Assembly: GCA_963822585.1 (NCBI GenBank)
Contig: CAWGIE010000026.1
Coordinates: 352,001 to 416,000, forward strand
DNA: 64,000 bases
Reading direction: 5' to 3'
From: an uncultured bacterium
GTDB taxonomy: Bacteria > Auribacterota > Erginobacteria > Erginobacterales > Erginobacteraceae
Shown: positions 1 through 9,395 of the stretch, one piece after another
Numbering within the stretch: position 1 is the first letter of the stretch
Layout: every line of letters begins with the position of its first letter
Made by a program: the position numbers and the translations under genes
Notes under the pieces: model-generated
Databases searched by the model: none
Told to the model about the DNA's origin: nothing
The model's input: only the letters and a program-made list of their open reading frames with translations

Positions 1-3000
1 CAGAGACCATATTGGGATCCCCGGAAGACGGCGATATCCGACATGCCGTCGCCGTTGTAATCTCCTCCGGCCACACTGATCGCTCCGAAATCGGGGGCGG
101 GGGTCGTGGTCGGCGACGGGTACACCCCGTCCTTATAAAGCGGGAAGTTAATCCCGGCGGTATTCGAGGAGACCGTCCCCGCTCTGGCCTGGCTATCTTT
201 CTGGTTATACCACTGGGAACGATAGACCCGGATACCGCTGCCCTGGTTGCTGTCGCAGTAGACATTGTAGATTCCGGCCAGAAGATCGGGGATGCTGTAA
301 TTCCCCGAAGAGTTGGTGAACCCTCCTCCCGGCCGGAGACCGGCCTCCAGCGGAAGCGCCCGGACGTAGACATTACCGACGCCCGCGCCCGTTACCCGGT
401 CATAGACACGCCCTGATATCGGCCCGTTGACGGGGACCGGCGTCGGTGACGGCGATTGGTAACCAATCGGGGTCGGTTTGTAGGGCGTCGGCGTCGGGTT
501 GGCCCAGGAACGGTAGATCTTGGTCGCACCGCTGGAACCGATCGCGTAAACATGCCGGTTGTCCACCGCCGAGAACTGATAGATGGTGGAGAGCTTTTTT
601 TCGACGATCCATTCCGAGCCATTGTAGTGGAAGATCTGTCCGTCCCCGGAGGTCCAGGCGTTGTTTTCGTCGAGGACCTCGATGCACTGGAAGTTGGTGC
701 CGTAGAGCGATTGAGTCTGCAGGTACCAGGAAGAACCGTCGTAATGATCGATCTCACCGCAGGCGCCAACCACCCAGAGGAGGGTGTTGCCGTACTGGTC
801 GATACAGCCGCCCAGAGGATGGTCATACAGAGTCCAGGTGCCGAAGTCTTTGATCCGATCCCAACTGTAACCACCATCATCGGAAAAGAAAGCCGAGGCC
901 TCGTAGGTAGTGGAGGAGTGCCTCAGGACAAAGGCTTCATCCGGTTTCAGGTAAACGCAACCATAGAGAGAGCCGCTCTCTCCAATCGTGGAGTCGTTCC
1001 ATTCCCCCGACTCGCTATAAAGGATAGTTCCCGAAGCACCGCCCACCATGATATGGTCCGGATCCGGGGCATCAATCGAATAATTGGTTTTTCCGAGGCC
1101 CTCAGAGACTATCTCCCAGTACAAGCCGTTATAGTGGTAGACATCGCCGCCTCCCGAGCCGGAGCCATAAACATTGTCCGCAGCCAGCGCCACGAACTCA
1201 TTGATGTTGCCACCCAGTAACGCCTGGAGTTCCCAGACCGAGCCGTTCCAATGATAGACCAGACCGCAGCTGCAGCCGATCCAGATGTTGTCATTATCGA
1301 AGGCCTCGATGGCGTTGATCCCGCAGCCTTGGGTGACGTTCGCCAGATCAACCCACAACTCCCACCCCAGGGGGACATAGGGCTGGGGAGGGGTGAGGCC
1401 TTTCAGCGTGAAATTGGCCGCCGAGATGCCGGGGAGGCCGATCCCGCCGATTTCCGAGATCCGGACCCGGGCCTCGGTGGTGGTGACGTTGGGAATCGTC
1501 CAGGGATAGTAGCTCCCCGAGTTGGGCCGATTGGCCGCGATCTGGAACCAGGGCCCGGAGGGCCCGCTGATCGAGTAGTCGATGTTGACGTTCCCGGAGA
1601 TGCCGGCGGTCGAAGTCCAGGTAATAGCGTGATTGTCGCCGTAATACCAGACCTCTCCTCCCTTGGGGGATTTCACGGTGAAGAACGGGGAAGCGATGGT
1701 GAAGACGGCCGGGGACTGGCCGGAGACAGCGACCGACTGCCGGACCCGGACCAGGGCCTGGCTGCTGTTCACGTCGGGGACGGTCCAGGGATAGGGGCTG
1801 GAGCCGAGGGCGATCCCGGAGGCGATCGGGATCCAGGAACCGCCGTTATCGATCGAATAAGAAAGATCGACTGCCCCGGGGCCGACGGTTACTCCATACG
1901 ACCAATCTATGTCATAAACGCCGGTCCGGTACCAGGTCTCCCCCCCCTTGGGAGAGAGAACATTGATGGTATCCGTCGCGGCGATCCGGAAGAGGCCGGA
2001 CTGGCCCGACACCCCCCCTCCCCCGGCTTCCCGGACCCGGACCCGGGCCTGGGTGCTGGGGTCGTTGGGTACCGTCCAGGGACGGATGCCGGTATCGGCG
2101 ACGTTGGTCGCGATGGGGGCCCAAGCACTGCCATTGGTCGAGTAATCGATGTCAACATTCCCGGTCAGGCTGTGGGATTCCCACATGATATTATCCGATT
2201 CTCCGACATACCAGGCCGCGCCCGTATTCGGGGCGGTCACGAAGATTGCCGGCCCATGGTTTACGTAGAAAACGTCGATATAAACATTATTGTTGTTATT
2301 GGTGGTCTCCTTCGCGGCGATATAGAGGCGGACCTGGTCGGCCTCGACAGGGGCGGTCACCTGGTATTCTTTTTTCTCCCAGGTATCGAAGGCCATCAGA
2401 GGCCAATCGGTGTCGCTGTCGGTACTGATGACAACCCCTTCGCTCAGCCATTCTATATTAAACTTGAAAAGGGTGGCGTTGACGGAACCTTTTTCGTAGG
2501 CGACATAGAACCAGCCGCCGACATAATATTCATCCCCGCCGATGATCGAGGAGACCGCGCCGGAGCGGATCCCCTGATCGGCATAATTGTCGGACACGTA
2601 CCCGGTATCGCTGAACGTGCAGGAAAAGATCCCCTGGTAGGCCTGGTCCGATGACCGGGCAACATATGTTTCTTTGGCCGCTACCTTTGTCCAGCCGACC
2701 AGGGCCGGATCGAGTTCGAAGCTGGGGTTGGGAACATTCGTATACGGGGTCGGGGTCGGGGGGGGTATCGGGGTTAATGTCGGCGTAGCGGTCGGCGGCG
2801 GCGAGGGGGTGACGGTCGGCGACGGCACGCCGGCGGTGATGCCCACGTCATCGAAGGCCAGGTCGCCCGCGCTCTTGGTATAGCTGAAGCGGGTGGTGGT
2901 GGAGAGGAAATCCAGAGCGAAGGGGCCTAAATTCGTTCCCGCGATCGGCAGGGGCATGACGGTGGTCACCTCCGACCAGCCGGCGCCGGAGTAATACTCC

Positions 3001-3350
3001 TCCACCAGGAGGGCGCTGCTGATGTCCGTCCCCTGGCCCTTCACCCAGAAAGAAAGCTGATCGGGATGGAAAAGGGAGGCGGTCTGGATGTAGTCCCCGG
3101 TCGTGTCGAGTTTAATCGACGGGGAAGCAAAGCCGAAATTTCCGGCGCTGGTGTATGTGTCGCCGTTGCTGTTGCAGCCGTTGAAAATCCAGCCGGCCGG
3201 GCGGGTCCCGGTGTCAAAATTGTTGAACCCCTGGGTGATCGGCTGACCGCGGCCGCTCCCCGGAAAAGCCATCGAGAGAAGGAAGAGAAGGGTGACGAAC
3301 ACCGGCGCGGCGTAACGGACGGTATGATTGTACCTGGATAATGCTGACAT
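1..3350 (-). CDS. Large secreted multidomain surface protein (>1116 aa, runs off the window): signal peptide, CBM-like domain, Pro/Thr linkers, three Ig-like Ser/Thr-rich repeats, beta-propeller with Asp-box, carboxypeptidase-regulatory-like domain, start of FG-GAP-like repeats
   Basis: Absent from the ORF track because it has no stop in the window. Hand translation from ATG 3350 (AAGGAG RBS) gives MSALSRYNHTVRYAAPVFVTLLFLLSMAF..., PSPTVTPSPPPTATPT, NPSFE, repeated (S)PxGGExW...IDYSxxG..W...PWTVP, SDDGGYSW, and GDYNGDGMSDIAVFRG at the edge. Confidence 0.85.
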   Translation of the reverse strand, partial: MSALSRYNHTVRYAAPVFVTLLFLLSMAFPGSGRGQPITQGFNNFDTGTRPAGWIFNGCNSNGDTYTSAGNFGFASPSIKLDTTGDYIQTASLFHPDQLSFWVKGQGTDISSALLVEEYYSGAGWSEVTTVMPLPIAGTNLGPFALDFLSTTTRFSYTKSAGDLAFDDVGITAGVPSPTVTPSPPPTATPTLTPIPPPTPTPYTNVPNPSFELDPALVGWTKVAAKETYVARSSDQAYQGIFSCTFSDTGYVSDNYADQGIRSGAVSSIIGGDEYYVGGWFYVAYEKGSVNATLFKFNIEWLSEGVVISTDSDTDWPLMAFDTWEKKEYQVTAPVEADQVRLYIAAKETTNNNNNVYIDVFYVNHGPAIFVTAPNTGAAWYVGESDNIMWESHSLTGNVDIDYSTNGSAWAPIATNVADTGIRPWTVPNDPSTQARVRVREAGGGGVSGQSGLFRIAATDTINVLSPKGGETWYRTGVYDIDWSYGVTVGPGAVDLSYSIDNGGSWIPIASGIALGSSPYPWTVPDVNSSQALVRVRQSVAVSGQSPAVFTIASPFFTVKSPKGGEVWYYGDNHAITWTSTAGISGNVNIDYSISGPSGPWFQIAANRPNSGSYYPWTIPNVTTTEARVRISEIGGIGLPGISAANFTLKGLTPPQPYVPLGWELWVDLANVTQGCGINAIEAFDNDNIWIGCSCGLVYHWNGSVWELQALLGGNINEFVALAADNVYGSGSGGGDVYHYNGLYWEIVSEGLGKTNYSIDAPDPDHIMVGGASGTILYSESGEWNDSTIGESGSLYGCVYLKPDEAFVLRHSSTTYEASAFFSDDGGYSWDRIKDFGTWTLYDHPLGGCIDQYGNTLLWVVGACGEIDHYDGSSWYLQTQSLYGTNFQCIEVLDENNAWTSGDGQIFHYNGSEWIVEKKLSTIYQFSAVDNRHVYAIGSSGATKIYRSWANPTPTPYKPTPIGYQSPSPTPVPVNGPISGRVYDRVTGAGVGNVYVRALPLEAGLRPGGGFTNSSGNYSIPDLLAGIYNVYCDSNQGSGIRVYRSQWYNQKDSQARAGTVSSNTAGINFPLYKDGVYPSPTTTPAPDFGAISVAGGDYNGDGMSDIAVFRGSQYGL

Positions 3351-3623
3351 GGCCCTGCTCCTTGCGTTATAAATCAGCGCCTGCGGCGCTCATTTAGTTT
3401 TGAACAAGTAGATCAGTCCACTGTAAACTTCCGGAATGGTGCATATATGAAATTGTTTTAAAGCTGTCTCCGATACCGTTTCCTGATTAGATTCAAAATT
3501 TCGAAATCGAGACATGATCATCCTACCGTTTAACAGTTTGGCAGAAATACGTTTAGATAGAAACTCTCCGTATTTTTATCATACCACTTTTAGGGCGATT
3601 GTCACCAAGAATTTTCGTAAAAA

Positions 3624-4355
3624 CTAAAAATAAATAATTTCTATCCGGCCCCGGGCCGCGAGGAGATTGCCGCAGACGGCCAGGGAACCCCGGACCCCGC
3701 TGATCGAACCGATAGCCGCTCCGGCGGCTTCCATGACCGAGCGGTCTTCACGATAGATCCGGTTGCCGAGAGCCGTGGCCGCCGCGTCGGCCATCACCGG
3801 ATCGTCGGCCACAACCACGGCGGCCGCCGAGCGTCCCCAGCTCAGGGAACGCCCCCGCGTACCGCTGGAGGCGGCCACCCCGGCCGGCATATCATCAGAT
3901 AGAATCCGGATACCGAGTTTCCGGAATGCGGGTTCTTCTCCCCCCGTATAGATAAGAATGTCCCTTGCTCTCCGGCCGGAAAGGTACATATCCCCCCCGT
4001 TCTCAACGATTACCTCGGGAGAAAGGAGGGAAAGTTCCCTTCCCACGAAAAAGGCCACCGCGCCGGCCACGGACGCCATCGGACCGACACCGCAGAGAAA
4101 GGCGGCCCGAGCCATCCCGGCGATCACGGAAGGAGCATCCGTCGTCGCCGGTATCGGCTCCATACTTTCCCGGAAGCCGGGATGGAGCGACAGGTACTCC
4201 TCTATCTCCCCCCGGCATCGGGCCAGGGCCTTTCTGGCCGGGACGGAGAGATCACGGCCGGCGCTGACCAGGAGATCGCTTTCTCCCATCCGCACCCGGG
4301 CGCGAACCAGGTCGTCAGCCGAAATCAGGGCTCGATATTCATCAACCGTTTCCAT
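3624..4355 (-). CDS. UPF0280 / ApbE-superfamily protein
   Basis: Motifs GVGPMASVAGAVA, EVIVENGGD, SSGTRGRSLSWG, ADAAATALGN. Confidence 0.85.
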   Translation of the reverse strand: METVDEYRALISADDLVRARVRMGESDLLVSAGRDLSVPARKALARCRGEIEEYLSLHPGFRESMEPIPATTDAPSVIAGMARAAFLCGVGPMASVAGAVAFFVGRELSLLSPEVIVENGGDMYLSGRRARDILIYTGGEEPAFRKLGIRILSDDMPAGVAASSGTRGRSLSWGRSAAAVVVADDPVMADAAATALGNRIYREDRSVMEAAGAAIGSISGVRGSLAVCGNLLAARGRIEIIYF

Positions 4356-4379
4356 CTTTCCCCGACATTATTATATTAG

Positions 4380-6393
4380 CCCGACTTTCGCAATTGGACC
4401 TATTTTTGAGTCGTAACTCCCTGCAAATCAACAAAACCTTCCCAAAGGTCTGTACTACATTTCCACTGCTCTTTTTGCAGTTATCTTCGGCGGAGGCTGT
4501 TTCGGCAACCGCCAGTCCAGCTGGCTGAGCAGTAGTTGCTGTTCCTTTTCCGGCTGGGTATACCGGGTAAATATCAACTCCCTGCCGTCAGTGGTGGGGA
4601 AGTGCACGTCCAGCATCTGCATCGCCCCCAGACTGTCCAACGCCTGCCTCACCGTCAGACCCGGCGCTCTCTGCCGCAACCTCTGGCGGAGGGTAACGTG
4701 AATACAGTACGCGAGGAAGGCGAGGAAAATATGGGCCTCGATCCGGTCCTCTCTCTGATGGAAGATGGGACGCAATGCCATATCGCCTTTCAGGTTTTTG
4801 AAGGCATTCTCTACTTCCACCAGGAGCAGGTAGAACTCCCAGAGCTTCCCCGGGTCGGTCTCGACCAGATTTGAACGCAGTAAATATCTCCCCTCTCTGC
4901 GGCGCACCGCCCGCAGCTTCTCTTTGTTGAGACTGTAGGTGAATGACACCCGCCGGGACCGCATCTTTTTCTCCGGAGGATCGGGCAATTCAACCTCAAC
5001 CAGAGACCAGACCCGTCCGGCATCTTTTTTTGCCCCGCCCAACTTCAAAAGCAGGTTTTCATATGTCGGCCGCTGACGTCGCAATTCCTTCAAGCGCGCC
5101 CACAGCCGTTTAAGCCGCCGCCGGCGCATCGATCTTTCCTTGCCCACCCGGGGCCGGCTCTGCACCCAGACATAAAGATCATCATCACGGGGCAAGAGTT
5201 TGACCTGAACTTCCGGCCGCACTTCCTGCCAGGGCCGGTTCAACAACTCTTTCTCCAGTTTGGTGAGTCTTCCCTTGGGGGTCCCGACCAGGTAAAGCAT
5301 CCCCCGTTCTCTCATCCAGGCCAGGTGCTCTTCGGTCGGGATCCCCCGATCCATCAGCCAGATCCGCCGGGCCTTGCCATATCTCGATTCGATCTTCTTC
5401 AGGAAATCCGGCAGGGTGGCATTGTCCCTGGTGTTCCCCGGCATAACCTCGTAGGCCAGGGGAAATCCTTCCGGTGTCACCACCAGGGCGATCACTACCT
5501 GCACGCAATCGGGCCGATGATCCCGGCTGTAGCCATATCTCCTTTTATCGTTCTTGTCGAAAGGCGGGTCGCTCTCAAAATAGGTGCTGGTCAGGTCATA
5601 TAAGATCACGTCGTAGGTGATCCCGAAAAGATCGTGCCAGCGCTCAGCCAGAAAACTGAATAAATCCTCCTTGTGTTCCAGAAGCCTGTCCAGACACCGA
5701 TAAAGTTTATCCTTGGCGACCAGGGAGAAATCTTCTCCCAGCAGATCTCCCATCGCGCTCCGCTTGTACCATTGCCGGTGAAGGCGCCACTCGCTGCCGG
5801 GGTCAATCAAGCGATACGCCGCCAGGACCATTAATACCCGGTACCACGATGTTCCTTTGCGGCTGTCCTTCAGACGCTCGCTCCAGAATCGATCCAGTTC
5901 CAACTCGTCCCAGATCCGACAAAATGCCCAACAGGCTCCCCATTGCCTCGGCCGCCGCAGCGTGAACTCTTCCAGGCAAACTTGCACCCCCTGATCGCTC
6001 GCGTACTCCGGTATGGCGCGATCAGATGGAAACAGGGCCAGCTTCGTCTGGCACCTTTGCTTAACATCGAATGCGTCGATACACCGTAACCAGGACTCTT
6101 GCTGACTGTCGTTAATCTCTCCCAGGTACAGGATGTGGCGATCAACCACCCGACCGCCCCGGCAGCGGTGCTTCTCCGCAATGCTCCAGTAGCGGTGTTC
6201 CTTCCCATCTTTGAATCGGCGATGACACTTCAGGTACATGGTGGAGACAAAATATAGTAATCTCCCTGTACCTGACAAGGGGGTAGGTCTGTACCACAAA
6301 CACTTTTAAAAATCCAGTTGTTGTCGTACAATGACTTCTGTTAATTGACCCCCCGAAAATAGTTGTTTTTAAGGCCCAATTGCGAAAGTCGGG
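4380..6393 (-). mobile_element. IS1634-family insertion sequence, apparently intact (2014 bp)
   Basis: Perfect 18-bp terminal inverted repeats CCCGACTTTCGCAATTGG (4380-4397 and 6376-6393), flanked by a TTAG direct repeat (4376-4379, 6394-6397), enclosing one transposase ORF. Confidence 0.92.
4455..6239 (-). CDS. IS1634-family DDE transposase
   Basis: MYLKCHRRFKDGKEHRYWS start; YDLTSTYFE, GYSRDHRPD, MDRG, VENAFKNLKGD..LRPIFHQ..RIEAHI motifs. Confidence 0.93.
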   Translation of the reverse strand: MYLKCHRRFKDGKEHRYWSIAEKHRCRGGRVVDRHILYLGEINDSQQESWLRCIDAFDVKQRCQTKLALFPSDRAIPEYASDQGVQVCLEEFTLRRPRQWGACWAFCRIWDELELDRFWSERLKDSRKGTSWYRVLMVLAAYRLIDPGSEWRLHRQWYKRSAMGDLLGEDFSLVAKDKLYRCLDRLLEHKEDLFSFLAERWHDLFGITYDVILYDLTSTYFESDPPFDKNDKRRYGYSRDHRPDCVQVVIALVVTPEGFPLAYEVMPGNTRDNATLPDFLKKIESRYGKARRIWLMDRGIPTEEHLAWMRERGMLYLVGTPKGRLTKLEKELLNRPWQEVRPEVQVKLLPRDDDLYVWVQSRPRVGKERSMRRRRLKRLWARLKELRRQRPTYENLLLKLGGAKKDAGRVWSLVEVELPDPPEKKMRSRRVSFTYSLNKEKLRAVRRREGRYLLRSNLVETDPGKLWEFYLLLVEVENAFKNLKGDMALRPIFHQREDRIEAHIFLAFLAYCIHVTLRQRLRQRAPGLTVRQALDSLGAMQMLDVHFPTTDGRELIFTRYTQPEKEQQLLLSQLDWRLPKQPPPKITAKRAVEM

Positions 6394-6669
6394 TTAGCCG
6401 CAGAAAGGCATACAAGCTGTAAAGGCTCCCTCTCCCTCGCCCCCTTTAATTAGCCGCAAAAACGTAGTCCCGAGGAGACCGAACGGTATCTTTTCGGGAG
6501 GCGCAAAAAACGCAAAAGTTCCCCCTGCCTCGCCCCCATAATGACCTTCCAATGGCCAACTCCCCATTTTCAACTATCCCATCGATATTTACCGCCTGTA
6601 TGTATTTGGATATTGATTATTGGACGTTGGTCATTGGATATTCATTGGATATTCATTCTTTTGAGATCC

Positions 6670-6695
6670 GGGCGAACATGGGGATTCGCCCCTAC
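6670..6695 (-). repeat. GTAG-type REP palindrome overlapping the comEA stop codon
   Basis: Minus strand GTAG-GGGCGAA-tcccca-tg-TTCGCCC; the TAG of GTAG is the comEA stop. Confidence 0.6.
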
Positions 6696-7369
6696 TTTGC
6701 CTTCCACTTCGCCCCGCAGGCGGGACATTCTCCGGAGGTCACGCTTGCTCCCACGGTAATTTTTTCCCCGCAGCGCCAGCACTTCAGTGTCCGGGGGCTT
6801 CCCGCCGATGCCACCGTCCCGGCCGAAGACGACCGCGTGGACAGATTCCCCTGGACGGTGACCAGGTTCTTCAGGGATTCATAAGTCCGGGGGCCGATCC
6901 CCCAGACTTCCATCAACTCCTCCGTTCGCCGAAAACCGCCCTCCTTTTCCCGGTACTCGATGATCCGGAGAGCCTTGGTCGGTCCAATCCCCGGAAGAGA
7001 CTCCAGTTCCGCCTGGGTAGCGGTGTTAAGGTTGATCCCGGGTTTCGCCGAAAGTCGGCTGAACCCGGGGGCGACGGGAACGGTTATAATCAGATCCTTG
7101 AGGGTCTGGTATTTCTTATCGCCGAAGCCGAAGACCCGGGTGATCTCCTCCGGACTTTTGAACGGTCCATTCGCCTCCCGGTCGGTGACAATCCGCTGGG
7201 CAAGGACCGGGCCGACCCCGGGAAGCCGCAGCAGCTCCTCCGCGGTCGCCGTATTGATATCCACCGGATCTCCGGCGGACGCCGGCCCGGGCAGAACCGT
7301 TAGAGAAATGAGGCCGAGGAGTATCATCACCGGAAAAAGAGAGCGGGGGAATTTGCTTCCTGTCTGCAT
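6692..7369 (-). CDS. comEA: ComEA-family DNA-binding protein with two HhH domains and a C-terminal zinc ribbon
   Basis: Signal peptide; two INTAT..EL..LPG(V/I)GP..A..I..R...G.F units; CWRC...CPAC. Confidence 0.88.
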   Translation of the reverse strand: MQTGSKFPRSLFPVMILLGLISLTVLPGPASAGDPVDINTATAEELLRLPGVGPVLAQRIVTDREANGPFKSPEEITRVFGFGDKKYQTLKDLIITVPVAPGFSRLSAKPGINLNTATQAELESLPGIGPTKALRIIEYREKEGGFRRTEELMEVWGIGPRTYESLKNLVTVQGNLSTRSSSAGTVASAGSPRTLKCWRCGEKITVGASVTSGECPACGAKWKAK

Positions 7370-7610
7370 AAATTAGCTCGCTACGCTCGCAAATTTATGG
7401 AGAATCGGCTTTCACTCCGTGAAGATTTGTAGTAGATGTAGAATAACATGGCATCGCCTTATCGTAGACAAGGCTTGCTGAATTGCAAGCGAAGCGATCC
7501 TACAATTCCTACAAAGAATGCCGAAGGCATTCTGATCCTACAAGTCCTGAAGCGAAGCGAAAGGACGATACTACACTATTTGATTTCTCTTTTTTGAAAT
7601 CCCGGAGCAT
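7370..7610. repeat. Intergenic composite repeat element (TTAG-hairpin start, internal segment shared with 48013-48104 and 57811-57858, degenerate TTGAAATTCCGAAACAG end)
   Basis: ATTAGCTCGCTACGCTCGCAAATTTATG matches 57812 onward; AGAATGCCGAAGGCATTC.GAT.CTACAAG.CCTGAAGCGAA matches about 48043-48084. Confidence 0.75.
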
Positions 7611-7639
7611 CTGGTCCGCGGCTGCTGGATAGGAGACAA

Positions 7640-8122
7640 TCATTCCCCCCCCTCCCCCAGTTTCTCTCTCAGCACCCGAAGACTGTTCTGGGCCGGAAGA
7701 AAATCGGGGTCCAACCGGCGGGTTTCTTCCATTTCCAGCCGGCTGGAGTTGAAATCCCCCAGGAGGAAATAGATGGTGCCCAGGCGATAATGGGCCGGCA
7801 CCAGGGACGGTTCCACTTCCAGGGCGGCCGTAACTGCCTTGCGCGCTTTTTCGAAAAGATCGTGGTATCCGTAGGCAACGGCCAGATCGTAATATACTTC
7901 ACCCAATTCCAGATGAGCGGCGGCGACCGCCGGATCGGCCGCGATCGAGCGTTCATAATAATGGATCTTCCGGTAGGTGGAACGAGGGGCGGCCTGGGCT
8001 CTTTCTTTCCAGTATTGGCCTTCGCGAATTTTCCTCTCCTGCTGGAGACCTTCCAGGCCGCCGGTAGTGAAAAGACGGAGAATCACGTTAAAGAGAACGA
8101 GATTGGAAGCGAAAACACCCAT
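7640..8122 (-). CDS. TPR-repeat protein with hydrophobic N-terminus
   Basis: AHLELGEVYY, AHYRLGTIYF, LDPDF TPR patterns. Confidence 0.75.
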   Translation of the reverse strand: MGVFASNLVLFNVILRLFTTGGLEGLQQERKIREGQYWKERAQAAPRSTYRKIHYYERSIAADPAVAAAHLELGEVYYDLAVAYGYHDLFEKARKAVTAALEVEPSLVPAHYRLGTIYFLLGDFNSSRLEMEETRRLDPDFLPAQNSLRVLREKLGEGGE

Positions 8123-8255
8123 CGGCAACCCATGGAGAAATCAATCCGGCTTGCTCCGGTTATCCCGGGCGCGACCGGGAAGAGGAAATAGGAAATTCCG
8201 GCGGAGGTTCCCCGGAGGAAAACACCCTCGGGAAACGGGGATCCGCGGCTGTTTC

Positions 8256-9149
8256 CTATTGGCTTACTTTCGCCTTTTCCAGAGCATTACTCAGGTATCC
8301 GCCGGTCAGGGCATCGATACTGGCCGTCACCCGGGCGATCTGGAGCTGGAGGTCAATCTTGGAGCGGACATCGTCCGGCGGGGAGAAGAGCATCTCGATC
8401 TGGGCGCGGCGGCGGTCAAAGAAATAGGTATTCACTTCCTCCAGAACGTCCTGTCGGAGCTCGACCAGATCCCGTGCCTCTTTGCTGATCTTGGTCTGTT
8501 CCTTGCTGTATACAAAATCCCGCAAGTCCCAGGCAAGCTTGATCCTCCACCGGTTATCATTGTCCGTCCGCTCACTGGTGTCATGGCTGGTGCTCTCCCC
8601 GGTGTCCTCGCCGGAGTTTTCCGATGACGACCAATTGTTGTCGACATCGGTTGACCACTTTTCGCGCAAAGACCAGGAAACATCCCCCGGGTTGAGAGTG
8701 GTCGACGTCTCCCCGTACTCACGGGTATAGGTATTCGTCCGGCTGCCGTCGCGGCCGGAGTCCGATGAGTAGGAGGTATCGAAGCTGGTCGAGAAACTGT
8801 CGTCGACAGTGGTCTCGTCCACCCGCCGCCAGTCAAAGTCCAGGTCCACCTCGGGGAGGAAAGCCCTCAGAGACGCTCCCCGGCGCCAGGCCTCGATCTT
8901 GTCGGGGTGCACTTCCGCGTAGCGCATCGCCGCCTGCTGGATCTCCTGATAGCTGGGCTCGAACGCAAAGAGCGCCTCCATATCAGCCATCGTCTCGATC
9001 GGGGGCGGTTGAGTGGTGAATTCATGCGATCCGCCGAGGCTCACCGGCGCCGGGGCATGCTTTTTTTTCTTGGACGCGCCGAGGTTGACCAGGGTTAAGA
9101 GCAGGAAGAGTACCACCACTGTGGGACGGATGGCGTTCTTGACGGACAT
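8256..9149 (-). CDS. Secreted protein with one TolC/OEP-like repeat and a 108-aa Ser/Thr/Asp-rich insert
   Basis: AAGGAGG RBS before ATG 9149; signal peptide; EPSYQEIQQAA..HPDKI..WRRGA...FLP / W.L.D..Y / ISKEARDLVELRQDVLE / DALTGG shared with the C-terminus of 9396-12254. Confidence 0.8.
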   Translation of the reverse strand: MSVKNAIRPTVVVLFLLLTLVNLGASKKKKHAPAPVSLGGSHEFTTQPPPIETMADMEALFAFEPSYQEIQQAAMRYAEVHPDKIEAWRRGASLRAFLPEVDLDFDWRRVDETTVDDSFSTSFDTSYSSDSGRDGSRTNTYTREYGETSTTLNPGDVSWSLREKWSTDVDNNWSSSENSGEDTGESTSHDTSERTDNDNRWRIKLAWDLRDFVYSKEQTKISKEARDLVELRQDVLEEVNTYFFDRRRAQIEMLFSPPDDVRSKIDLQLQIARVTASIDALTGGYLSNALEKAKVSQ

Positions 9150-9223
9150 GGCAGCCTCCTTATAAATTTGTTGCATAAATTAGCTTAATTCGTTTTAGGA
9201 CTGAGAGCTTCGCGCTAACTTTT

Positions 9224-9280
9224 AGGTAGCTGCACCTTTTAAGGTGCGCAATAGACGCAGGCTAAAGCTTGTGGCTACCT
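9224..9280. repeat. Inverted pair of GTAG-type REP palindromes (REPIN-like)
   Basis: GTAGCTGCACCTTTTAAGGTGCG facing CGCAGGCTAAAGCTTGTGGCTAC. Confidence 0.6.
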
Positions 9281-9395
9281 TCTTTACGACATTAATTAGA
9301 AATCCTGAGCAGTAGCTTAGATCACTGCGTTCGTAACCTGTTTAAACCTCAGCTAAATATTCAAAACATATTATTTTTACGAAGTAAAAATAATA

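Noticed and set aside
12..2654. Plus-strand ORFs of 134, 254 and 467 aa
   Set aside because: Antisense shadows of the 1-3350 minus-strand gene
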